A DNA stretch of 53,974 bases from a virus (taxonomy: Duplodnaviria; Caudoviricetes), in IMG/VR virus record IMGVR_UViG_3300044648_000096, positions 1-53,974 of that record; one strand, 5' to 3'. The translations under genes and the position numbers were made by a program. This document shows positions 1 to 8,078 of the stretch, one piece after another. How positions within the stretch are numbered: the first letter of the stretch is position 1; the number at the start of each line of letters is the position of its first letter. Under the pieces are notes generated by a model. The model had not been told where the DNA came from, searched no databases, and worked only from the letters and a program-made list of their open reading frames with translations.

Positions 1-543
1 GGTAAGATCGCCTGTATATCCTTCGGAAAGGCACTTAATGATGAGTTTAAGACGTTTTCTTTTACCGGGGCAAATGATAAGTCCATTTTAAGTAATTTCA
101 TCACAGGAGCCAAATTTATCCATCAGGATATGGGCAAGTCCGATGCAGACTTTATATGCATACATAACGGTAAGCAATTTGATATACCATTTATTTCTAA
201 GCGGATTATGTATCATGGGCTTTCTCTCCCCGCCGTGTTTGAGATTGCCGATAAGAAGCCTTGGGACTTGAATTACATCATTGATACCAAAGAACATTTA
301 AAGTTCGGCGGGATGGATGCTCCTTCATTAGAACTATTATGCTATCAGTTGGGGATTAAGACTGCCGCAGAGCATTTTGAAGCAGAACCAACAGAGATTG
401 CTAAATGGTACGCGGCGGGGGAATTTGACAAGATTAAAGACTACTGTGAATATGACGTAAAAGCCTTATTCAAGTGCTTTTTAAAGCTTGTAAGATCAAA
501 AGAATATCCAACAGGAATTAACGACTCAACAATTAAATTATAA
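1..543 (+). CDS. 3'-5' exonuclease, PolB-proofreading-like (5'-truncated by window edge)
   Basis: Frame is open from base 1 (GKIACISFG...). Motifs HNGKQFDIPFI, DTKE and YCEYDV match DnaQ/PolB-exo motifs II and III. Confidence 0.8.
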   Translation, partial: GKIACISFGKALNDEFKTFSFTGANDKSILSNFITGAKFIHQDMGKSDADFICIHNGKQFDIPFISKRIMYHGLSLPAVFEIADKKPWDLNYIIDTKEHLKFGGMDAPSLELLCYQLGIKTAAEHFEAEPTEIAKWYAAGEFDKIKDYCEYDVKALFKCFLKLVRSKEYPTGINDSTIKL

Positions 544-567
544 ACCGCAAAAAACAAAACCAAAAAA

Positions 568-1383
568 ATGACACCTAACGCAAGAGTAGAGACGATTACG
601 CCAAATATGGCAAGACAACTACTAGAAAAAAACTCAATGAATCGTCCATTTAACCAAAATAATTTGGACGCTTTAAAGAAAGAAATCAATAACAACAACT
701 ATTTCCTTACGGGCGAGTCTATTAAAATCGCCAAAGACGGAACGCTACTTGACGGACAACATCGCTTAAGAGCCATTCTGGAAACTGGCAAAGCGGTAAA
801 AATATTTGTTATCCGTGATTTAGAAACAGAAGCCTTTAAATACATGGATACAGGTCGCCCACGACAAGCGGGGGATGTTTTAGCGATTGAAGGTATTAAA
901 AACCCTATGAAGATTGCCTCTATTGCTAAATTCATTATTGGCTACAACAAAGACAAAACGTTTAACTCCGCCATTCGCGGGAACGCAGACAAAGGCTCAA
1001 GAAGAATAACCAATGCTGATGTTTCTGATTTCGTAAATAAAAATCTCAATTCACTTGTAGATAGCTATGAGTTTGGATATGGCAAAGGGCGTAAATTGAT
1101 TCAAGGAAAGCTTGTCGCATCCATGCACTATGTTTTAAAGAAAATAGACCCAATGCAAGCAGACGGCTTTATTGAAGCATTGGTGACTGGCACAGGATTA
1201 ATAAAAGGACATCCAATTCATCAATTACGTGATATTTTCATTCACGACAATCGAAGCACTAAAAAGCTTCCAACAAGAGCAAAAGTTCACTTAATTATCC
1301 GCGCATGGAACCTAGTAAGAACTAAAAAGACGGTATCGAACTTAAAATACGACAAACGCGACCCGTTCCCAAAACCACTTTAA
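568..1383 (+). CDS. ParB/Srx-like N-terminal domain protein
   Basis: ITPNMARQLLE..NRP...GESI...LLDGQHRLRAI, a typical phage ParB-N motif. Confidence 0.75.
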   Translation: MTPNARVETITPNMARQLLEKNSMNRPFNQNNLDALKKEINNNNYFLTGESIKIAKDGTLLDGQHRLRAILETGKAVKIFVIRDLETEAFKYMDTGRPRQAGDVLAIEGIKNPMKIASIAKFIIGYNKDKTFNSAIRGNADKGSRRITNADVSDFVNKNLNSLVDSYEFGYGKGRKLIQGKLVASMHYVLKKIDPMQADGFIEALVTGTGLIKGHPIHQLRDIFIHDNRSTKKLPTRAKVHLIIRAWNLVRTKKTVSNLKYDKRDPFPKPL

Positions 1384-1419
1384 TTTAATAGATATAAAAC
1401 CAATAAAAAACCAATAGAT

Positions 1420-2070
1420 ATGTCAGGATTAGTAGACAAACAAGGAAGCAGCAAGCAATTCTTTAAACTTCAGGAAGATAAGCGAGACGCTTCAAAAACA
1501 AAAGGACAGTACCGATTTTTTCAACAGGAAAAAGTTAACGGGGCATGGGCTTCAACAAACGAAGGTAATTCCATGTCCGGGATTGTAAAATCAATCAATG
1601 TAAAATCTTACAAATGGCAAGATCAAGACAAAGAAAACGTTGAGCTTGAATTAATGGGTCAGGATGGAAGTATTTATGTCATCAGCTTTGGGTTCAATAC
1701 CATGCTTAACGAGAATCTTATTAACACCCTCGCCTCAGAGCCTATTATAGGCGAAATAGAGCTTTCTTGTGGCGCAGTTAACCAGCAAGGGTATCCAACA
1801 TTTTACATCAAGCACGATGGTCAGAAAACCAAATGGAAGTACTCTAAAGAGAACAGTAACTGGGATGAGATACCTAAAATCACCACTGAGGTTATTGAAG
1901 GGCAAAAAATAAAGCGCGGGGCAGCTAAAAGAACTGAGTTCTGGAAGAAAGTATTGAATGAGCAGATTTTACCTAAGCTTAAAGATGTAAGCATTAAGGA
2001 TAAGGTTATGGCTAAAAATGAAGCTCAGGCAAGCTCTACTATTGATACAGAGTCTGATCTCCCCTTCTGA
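1420..2070 (+). CDS. Putative single-stranded DNA-binding protein
   Basis: Acidic C-terminal tail ending DLPF, beta-rich body, replication-operon context. Confidence 0.65.
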   Translation: MSGLVDKQGSSKQFFKLQEDKRDASKTKGQYRFFQQEKVNGAWASTNEGNSMSGIVKSINVKSYKWQDQDKENVELELMGQDGSIYVISFGFNTMLNENLINTLASEPIIGEIELSCGAVNQQGYPTFYIKHDGQKTKWKYSKENSNWDEIPKITTEVIEGQKIKRGAAKRTEFWKKVLNEQILPKLKDVSIKDKVMAKNEAQASSTIDTESDLPF

Positions 2071-2077
2071 TGTGTAA

Positions 2078-2506
2078 ATGGAACTAAAGTACCGACATAT
2101 AGCTTCTGTATCTAAAGATGGTAAGAAAATACTATTTGAGAACAAAGGTTTATTTGATCGGCATGTAGCGAGTCTGGCGGGGAAAAATATAGAAGTGTTT
2201 TTAAGGCAAGAGTTAGTCCCCGCCAGCACTGCAAAAAAAAGCTACTTTCACATGATACTAAAGGAAGCTTATACAACTAATATGTTTTCCGGGTATGATA
2301 AGCCGATAGACATATACTATGAAGTATTAGCTCCAATGTTCACTAAAACAATAGTAGTAAGGAATGGTGAATTAACAGAAGATGTACCAAAGCTGTCAGA
2401 GATATTCAGAAGCCAAGAACGTACTGATGATCTGATAGAAAAAACAAAGATATTTCTCACCCAACAAGGGATAGAGGTTGGCGAGAGTAAAAATTACAAA
2501 CTATGA
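2078..2506 (+). CDS. Hypothetical protein, possibly NinB-like
   Basis: 142-aa ORF in a tightly packed operon; weak resemblance (YFHMILKE). Confidence 0.4.
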   Translation: MELKYRHIASVSKDGKKILFENKGLFDRHVASLAGKNIEVFLRQELVPASTAKKSYFHMILKEAYTTNMFSGYDKPIDIYYEVLAPMFTKTIVVRNGELTEDVPKLSEIFRSQERTDDLIEKTKIFLTQQGIEVGESKNYKL

Positions 2507-2889
2507 CAGCAAGAGAATTAGCAATACAGATAGATGGGCGGCAATACCGCCATGAAATGACCAAAGAGATTGTACAACTAGCTAAGGACAATAACCTTGT
2601 GATTGTTTACGGGGCAAGCGATGATCTTATGGAAATGCGCGGGGAAATAGATGATGAATTTGATTGCTGGAATGGTGGAAAGTTTTGCGTAAACAAATCC
2701 AAAGACAAGTTGAGAGTTTCAAAATCGCCGGGGAAAACAAATTACATAGAAGCCGTTTGGTGTTCTGATGAGTTTGAAGGGATAAGCTGGACTTATAAGA
2801 CTGATATTCCCCACGCCACTTTTGACATTATGGAAGATGGCGAGAAATATTGCATAGGAATAGTATTTAGTATTAATGATTTAAAATAA
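2503..2889 (+). CDS. Conserved phage hypothetical protein
   Basis: ATGA overlap with upstream ORF; LVIVYGASDDLME and WTYKTDIPHATF motifs resemble a widespread phage family. Confidence 0.7.
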   Translation: MTARELAIQIDGRQYRHEMTKEIVQLAKDNNLVIVYGASDDLMEMRGEIDDEFDCWNGGKFCVNKSKDKLRVSKSPGKTNYIEAVWCSDEFEGISWTYKTDIPHATFDIMEDGEKYCIGIVFSINDLK

Positions 2890-2899
2890 CAACCATATT

Positions 2900-3178
2900 A
2901 TGATAAAAACAACAGCAAAGCCAGCATTAACTCATATAGAGCGTTATACAGATGCTAATGAAGGAGAATTAGAATTCGCGGGGGAATCATATACAGAGCC
3001 TTTAAATAAGTTTGGAGAGCCTAAAATTTACAGCCAAATAATTATCAAAAGAGTGAGCAACAATACTCTTTATGGAATTGTATATTATCCCTTCCAGATG
3101 TATATAGAAGATCTGAAACAAACAATTTCAGAACTAAAACCATTAGTGAAGAACTATAAAATAGAGGTAAGAAAATGA
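2900..3178 (+). CDS. Hypothetical protein
   Basis: 92-aa ORF, translationally coupled to the next gene. Confidence 0.65.
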   Translation: MIKTTAKPALTHIERYTDANEGELEFAGESYTEPLNKFGEPKIYSQIIIKRVSNNTLYGIVYYPFQMYIEDLKQTISELKPLVKNYKIEVRK

Positions 3179-3507
3179 GTAAAAGCATTATAAAAGAAAA
3201 CAACGACATTAGGCAAGCCCTTATTGATCGATGGAAAGAACTAAACCTTAAACCGGGACAAATTGCGGCGGATGCAGCAGATAAATCTTCCCATATTTGG
3301 GGGAAATCTAAAGATACATGGGCGCAATGCCTTAGTAGGTATCTTCATCACGGAGTTGGCAAGAATTCGCTCACAGAAGAAATGATAGAATTTTTGTCGA
3401 TTCGGTGGGGAGTAAAATACGAAGTAGACGTAGAGGTTGAAGTGTTGCCTTACGATGAAAAAGAAGCTGTTAAGCAACTTAAAAAGAAATACCCTAAGAA
3501 GAAATGA
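3175..3507 (+). CDS. Putative helix-turn-helix DNA-binding protein
   Basis: LKPGQIAADA...CLSRYL pattern is HTH-like; ATGA overlaps. Confidence 0.45.
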   Translation: MSKSIIKENNDIRQALIDRWKELNLKPGQIAADAADKSSHIWGKSKDTWAQCLSRYLHHGVGKNSLTEEMIEFLSIRWGVKYEVDVEVEVLPYDEKEAVKQLKKKYPKKK

Positions 3508-3662
3508 GAAAAATATTAGGACACGGAATTATAGCTTTTATTTTCATTTTTATTTTTGTAATGACAGTTATTACTTGTGGGCTAAATGTAGCGGTATTGT
3601 CATTTATAACCACGTTTGTATTAATTGGCTTAATAGGCGTAGCGGTACATTTAATTAACTAA
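3504..3662 (+). CDS. Small membrane protein (52 aa, two hydrophobic segments); not in ORF track
   Basis: MRKILGHGIIAFIFIFIFVMTVITCGLNVAVLSFITTFVLIGLIGVAVHLIN*. ATGA overlap at 3504; stop lies 1 bp before the ATG at 3664. Confidence 0.7.
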   Translation: MRKILGHGIIAFIFIFIFVMTVITCGLNVAVLSFITTFVLIGLIGVAVHLIN

Positions 3663-3663
3663 T

Positions 3664-4236
3664 ATGGCAAAGCGGATGAGCATAGCTGATCTTGAAAAGA
3701 TGGGATTAGTAGATATGGGTAATGGTGTTTATGCTCCAAAAGGTAGCGTAAAACCTAATACTGTTAAAAGAACGATTCAAAGACGAATAAACGTTCCCGC
3801 CGAACTAGTGGCAAAGCAACCCGTTATAGAAACCCCTAATTTCACCATAAATAGCCCCGTAGAGTCATTTTTAACCATTGATGGGGTTGTGGCAGGGCTA
3901 AATGGAAAAGACGGGTTAATGAGGTCGCATTGGACAAATATCAAAAAGATCAAAGACCTATACTGCGCTATTATTACTCAACACATGAAAGAGGGGAAAG
4001 TTCGCAAACACGGCGGGGAAGTAATTATAAATTACGTTGGCTATAAGTCTTTATTGATGGACTGGGATAACTTTTGCGCCAGCTTTAAACATATTGGCGA
4101 TAGTTTGGAAAAGTGCGGGGTAATACTAAAAGATAACCCCAAGATCGTTCGTAAGTTTCTGCCGGAACAAATCAAGTGTAAGCGTTCAGAACAAAAAGTA
4201 ATTGTAATAATTTCAGATTATGTTCCGTCCACATAA
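3664..4236 (+). CDS. RusA-like Holliday junction resolvase
   Basis: MDWDNFCASFKHIGDSLEKCGVILKDN matches the RusA DxDN...K...D.L...G.I.DD motif. Confidence 0.75.
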   Translation: MAKRMSIADLEKMGLVDMGNGVYAPKGSVKPNTVKRTIQRRINVPAELVAKQPVIETPNFTINSPVESFLTIDGVVAGLNGKDGLMRSHWTNIKKIKDLYCAIITQHMKEGKVRKHGGEVIINYVGYKSLLMDWDNFCASFKHIGDSLEKCGVILKDNPKIVRKFLPEQIKCKRSEQKVIVIISDYVPST

Positions 4237-4711
4237 AAATACCTGCTCTGGATGCGGTCAGGAAACCATTGTGGTGGTAAAAGCTATGCTTTGCGCTAAG
4301 TGTAACCACGAAAAGAAGCAAGCTAAAAAAAAGGCGGCGGGGAAAAAACCAAGCAAGTCTTTTGGCTCTTATGGATATAAAGAACCAACCGGGGAGAAAA
4401 GCGTATTTGAAGCATTCTTGGAATCACTACCTGACGAACAGCAGACAAGATGCTTTGTATGTGGGGAAAGAATAAGTCTTGTGATGCCTCATAATTTTGC
4501 CCATGTATTGCCAAAAAAACAATATGAAAGGTTTAGATTAAACCCCGCGAATTTGCGCCTGTTATGCTTTAAAATAATCGCAGATGAAAGTGGGCAGGGT
4601 TGCCATTACGACTGGGACTTTAAACCCCGTAGCGAGCTTAAAAACGACCCTAAATGGGATAAAATGTTTGAACTAGAAGAACAACTTAAAGAAGAATATA
4701 AGAGGTTATGA
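4220..4711 (+). CDS. Zn-binding HNH/NinG-like nuclease
   Basis: CFVCG...FAHVLPK...NLRLLC...CH, plus N-terminal CxxC pairs. Confidence 0.65.
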   Translation: MFRPHKNTCSGCGQETIVVVKAMLCAKCNHEKKQAKKKAAGKKPSKSFGSYGYKEPTGEKSVFEAFLESLPDEQQTRCFVCGERISLVMPHNFAHVLPKKQYERFRLNPANLRLLCFKIIADESGQGCHYDWDFKPRSELKNDPKWDKMFELEEQLKEEYKRL

Positions 4712-4944
4712 CCAAAGAACAGCAAATATTAAAACAACACATAGATGAGTTTTCTCAGCACAACGGAGGTTTTGCCAGTTATAAGCACATGGATATTGAA
4801 TTCAAATACGCCATATTAGCGGCAATAACTGACTGCTTAGAGCCGTACAAAGAAGCTATGCAAGAATTTGTTGACCGCGTAGATCGCGGGGAAGTAAAGT
4901 CAACTTACACATATAATAAATTTAAGAAATTGCTTAATGAATAA
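4708..4944 (+). CDS. Hypothetical protein
   Basis: 78-aa ORF overlapping both neighbours. Confidence 0.6.
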   Translation: MTKEQQILKQHIDEFSQHNGGFASYKHMDIEFKYAILAAITDCLEPYKEAMQEFVDRVDRGEVKSTYTYNKFKKLLNE

Positions 4945-5155
4945 AAATGATGATATAAGCCATTTACACACCCACGAATTGACTTATCCATCTGGACAAA
5001 AAGAAACGTGTCAAGTGATTTATATGGACTTATACGAATACGATAACAGTGGGAAAAAAATAATGAAAGGAAAAGCTTTTGTTGAAACTAAACGCGGTAT
5101 ATATTATGAGATTAAACATGAATATTTGAAGAAGCTTGGGTTACAAAAAGAATAG
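4937..5155 (+). CDS. Hypothetical protein
   Basis: 72-aa ORF in the operon. Confidence 0.6.
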   Translation: MNKNDDISHLHTHELTYPSGQKETCQVIYMDLYEYDNSGKKIMKGKAFVETKRGIYYEIKHEYLKKLGLQKE

Positions 5156-5504
5156 TAAAAAGATGAGGGAAAGATATGTTCTTTGTGGAGAGCAGTGCTT
5201 TTACTGCCTTACACCAAAGGAATTTAGGCTTATAACAATAGATCATTTTTTCCCGCGCAGCTTACAAAACAGCGGAACTGGCAATAGAGTATTTGCTTGT
5301 AGGGAGTGTAACAACATGAAGCAATCTTTAAATGTTTACGAATTCAGGGAACGGATGTGCAAAGAAGCCACTAAGTATATGAAAAGAGACACAATAAGAA
5401 AATTACCAAATCACATTAAAAATCTTAGGCTAGAATATTACAAAAGACTTATTGTTAATTGCAATAAAATACTTAAAATGAATCCATCAGAATTTTGTTT
5501 TTAA
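5136..5504 (+). CDS. HNH endonuclease (likely start ATG 5163)
   Basis: CFYC...TIDHFFPRS...N..FACRECNNMK. Confidence 0.85.
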   Translation: MGYKKNSKKMRERYVLCGEQCFYCLTPKEFRLITIDHFFPRSLQNSGTGNRVFACRECNNMKQSLNVYEFRERMCKEATKYMKRDTIRKLPNHIKNLRLEYYKRLIVNCNKILKMNPSEFCF

Positions 5505-5506
5505 AT

Positions 5507-5659
5507 ATGAAAAAGAGTAAATTAAAACTAGTCATTCGTAATGCCATAAAGAGACATTATGGTGATAAAGGATTAACCGCAACTGCTGACAAACTTCGCG
5601 GGGAAATAATGATGGCTGTTGACAAAGAATACAATAAAATACATTTAAGAAAAAGATGA
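5507..5659 (+). CDS. Small basic hypothetical protein (50 aa); not in ORF track
   Basis: MKKSKIKLVIRNAIKRH...; fills the gap exactly, with an ATGA overlap at 5656. Confidence 0.6.
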   Translation: MKKSKLKLVIRNAIKRHYGDKGLTATADKLRGEIMMAVDKEYNKIHLRKR

Positions 5660-5958
5660 ATATTGGCGACAAATATATTGACACCTATAATGAATTTAAT
5701 AATCCTAATTTTAACTTTATAGAAGGGCAATCTTATGACCCCGAAAAGTCCATTGTTGAAATAGTGGATATAACGCCAACATCGGTTTGTGTAAAATTAA
5801 GATCAAGACCGCTTAGGATTATGTACAAAGACGGCGGGGGAATATCTAAACCACTGGACAATTATAATCAGTGGTTTAAGCTCAAAAGAGAACATGAAGA
5901 AGAAATAGGATTTCACTTTAGATTTACAAAATCAGTAAATAATAATCAAACCAAATAA
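5656..5958 (+). CDS. Hypothetical protein
   Basis: 100-aa ORF in the operon. Confidence 0.6.
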   Translation: MNIGDKYIDTYNEFNNPNFNFIEGQSYDPEKSIVEIVDITPTSVCVKLRSRPLRIMYKDGGGISKPLDNYNQWFKLKREHEEEIGFHFRFTKSVNNNQTK

Positions 5959-5979
5959 TAATTACAAAATCTGTAAACT

Positions 5980-6501
5980 ATGAATCAAGATCAAAAACGC
6001 CAAGAATGGCGAGAAGCAAGACTAAAAGAACTTCAAAATCTGCCAATAGACGAATCATTCTCTATCCCGGCGGGACTTATCATTCCATTTGGAGATAACA
6101 TTCTCTTAAAGGAAGTAATGCAGGGAGAAATCAAATCCAAAAGCGGTATAATCACTAAAGTCCCTGCATCTAAAACAATCGGCGCATCCGTTGGATTAGT
6201 AATGGGCATTGGTGAGGAAGTTACAATCCCTGTACATTTAGGAATGAAAGTGTATTACGAACCAACTACAATGCTTAGGGTTTATCACAACGGGGATGAG
6301 TATATCCAAATGTCACAGCACTTGATTTTTGGAGCCGTACCACCTGAGACTTACCTAGAAGCTTATGTACCAGATTCTATCGCGCTTCGCCGGGAATCAA
6401 GACAAACCAATATGGCTAAGGTAGACGCTCAAGAAGAAGAAATCTTAAAAGAGTCGATTGAAACCAACACTCCTGTTGAAATAATAAAAAACAGACAATA
6501 G
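5980..6501 (+). CDS. groES: GroES/Cpn10-like co-chaperonin with terminal extensions
   Basis: IIPFGDNILLK...KSKSGII...GLVMGIG...LGMKVYY follows the Cpn10 pattern. Confidence 0.75.
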   Translation: MNQDQKRQEWREARLKELQNLPIDESFSIPAGLIIPFGDNILLKEVMQGEIKSKSGIITKVPASKTIGASVGLVMGIGEEVTIPVHLGMKVYYEPTTMLRVYHNGDEYIQMSQHLIFGAVPPETYLEAYVPDSIALRRESRQTNMAKVDAQEEEILKESIETNTPVEIIKNRQ

Positions 6502-6556
6502 TTTGTAACCTTTTATCAAAACATTCGTTTAAGTAAGTAGCAAAAACAAAACTTAA

Positions 6557-6958
6557 ATGAAAAAGATAATTGTAATTACATCCGTAATGTTTAGTTGTAA
6601 TAAGGATAAAAAAGTTATTTATTCCCCGCCGATTAGGGATAAAATGCCTTACGGAAAGGTTAGCGTTTGGTCGCCTTTCGGCGGGGACACAACACTTAAA
6701 TCCGATCTTACACTTACTCACTATTACACCGAAAAGAAAGATTCCTGTAATCTTTATTATTACGAATTAAGCTACCCTATTTGGAGTGAATACGACTATA
6801 ATCATTGCGTTAATGAATGTGGTTATAATAAGGACACGCTGGTTATTAAAGACTTTAATTCTAATAAAAAAGCTATTTTTATAAGGAACTGGAACCACGA
6901 AAGACTCATAAGCGACATTGCTTCTAATGCAAAATTAACAAAGGCGGATGGAGGATAA
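6557..6958 (+). CDS. Hypothetical protein, possibly a degenerate lipoprotein
   Basis: MKKIIVITSVMFSC is lipobox-like, but the hydrophobic core is short. Confidence 0.5.
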   Translation: MKKIIVITSVMFSCNKDKKVIYSPPIRDKMPYGKVSVWSPFGGDTTLKSDLTLTHYYTEKKDSCNLYYYELSYPIWSEYDYNHCVNECGYNKDTLVIKDFNSNKKAIFIRNWNHERLISDIASNAKLTKADGG

Positions 6959-6999
6959 CGTACCGTGTGCAGGCTGAATGCGGTCATTTTGAGCCTTGC

Positions 7000-7128
7000 G
7001 GCTAACGGTTGCAAGTATGGCAAGGCAGGGATTAAGAGTACTGACCTGTCAAACCGTGATAAAGTAAATTAGAAGTACTCTGTTAGCATACAGAACACGC
7101 CCTTGCTTTGCTATACTTGTTGTTATAG
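7000..7128. repeat. attC-like recombination hairpin 1
   Basis: GGCTAAC(7000-7006), arm CAAGTATGGCAAGGCAGGG(7012-7030), arm CCCTTGCTTTGCTATACTTG(7100-7119), GTTATAG(7122-7128). Confidence 0.7.
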
Positions 7129-7150
7129 GGTGTTTTTAGTTCAGTCAAAA

Positions 7151-7477
7151 ATGGAAACAATAGTAAAAAGAGAAGAAATTACAGAAGAAACATACCGTGA
7201 AATATTGGATGTAGAAACTCATCATAACCACGAAATTATTAAGGATGATAACGGGACTTTAAGATGGAAAGAAAATCCAACTGTAAGCCATTATTTAAAA
7301 AATATATCACTAAATGATTTGTGTCCGCTATTAATGACACTTGGGTATGGTAAAAACTCAGAAGTTTATAGAAAACTTTATCGTGATATGGGATATTCAT
7401 TATTTGGGTATTGGGAAATATTTTTTTGGGAAGCAAATAACGAAGATGCTTCGGAGTACGTTCCAAATGCCCTATAA
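7151..7477 (+). CDS. Cassette-borne hypothetical protein (108 aa, METIVKREE...)
   Basis: ATG at 7151. TAA stop overlaps the TAAC core at 7475-7478. Flanked by a 14-bp inverted repeat at 7122-7135/7465-7478. Confidence 0.75.
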   Translation: METIVKREEITEETYREILDVETHHNHEIIKDDNGTLRWKENPTVSHYLKNISLNDLCPLLMTLGYGKNSEVYRKLYRDMGYSLFGYWEIFFWEANNEDASEYVPNAL

Positions 7478-7857
7478 CGTTTTCGGGCTTGGCGCAGTTA
7501 CTTTAACTTTTTGAGCGAAGGAAATTTTAAAAACTAAAAAAAATATGAATAACGAAGCAAAAGAAAAATTAAGCAAACACGGGATTGAAATGACAGACTT
7601 CATTTCATCATCTGGATATGAAGCAGTAAAACAGCTTTTAGAAAATCAACTCATTGAGCGAGACAGATTACTTAATGCGCTGGACGGACTATTGAATAAA
7701 AACGAGGGTAGCGGATGCCCTATGTGTGATAATGGCAAATTAAGGAACGCAGGCAAGGAGCATTGGGACGATTGCGTTTGGAATAATGCCCGTGTTGAGT
7801 ACGAATGGGTGTTGGCAAAAAAAGTTGAAGTAATTGCTCGCCAAGCCCGTGTTAGTG
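7472..7857. repeat. Giant attC-like hairpin 2 (~380 bp, loop contains a gene 5' half)
   Basis: CTATAAC(7472-7478), 30-nt arm 7484-7513, complementary arm 7816-7849, GTTAGTG(7851-7857). Confidence 0.7.
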
Positions 7858-8024
7858 GTTCGTTGCCGCCTGACGGACTTGTTAATGTTTACGAAAACTG
7901 TTATGAGGCTTTAAAGACTTTAATAGTTGACAGGTGGAGTGCAGATAACGTTAATAAGATTCAAGCCTTAGACAAGAAAATTATTGAGGCAAAACAGAAG
8001 TATTTAGGCGGCAATGACCACTAA
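7545..8024 (+). CDS. Chimeric cassette protein (102 aa loop-encoded plus 57 aa cassette-encoded)
   Basis: Reads in frame through GTT 7851 (RVSGSLP). Stop overlaps TAAC 8022-8025. Contains a CxxC...H...C motif. Confidence 0.75.
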   Translation: MNNEAKEKLSKHGIEMTDFISSSGYEAVKQLLENQLIERDRLLNALDGLLNKNEGSGCPMCDNGKLRNAGKEHWDDCVWNNARVEYEWVLAKKVEVIARQARVSGSLPPDGLVNVYENCYEALKTLIVDRWSADNVNKIQALDKKIIEAKQKYLGGNDH

Positions 8025-8078
8025 CATATATTATATCTAGCAATAAACAAAACACGCTAATTATAAGTTAATTAAATT

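Noticed and set aside
3437-3658. 73-aa ORF from the track
   Set aside because: The alternative frame 3504-3662 gives a coupled, coherent membrane protein.
6953-7006. An additional cassette upstream of hairpin 1
   Set aside because: TAAC at 6956 and GCGGCTAAC at 6998 have no complementary GTT partner that I could find upstream, so the array's left boundary is uncertain.
7103-7150. TTG start at 7103 for the cassette ORF
   Set aside because: The extension runs through the hairpin arm; ATG 7151 after an A-rich leader is more plausible.
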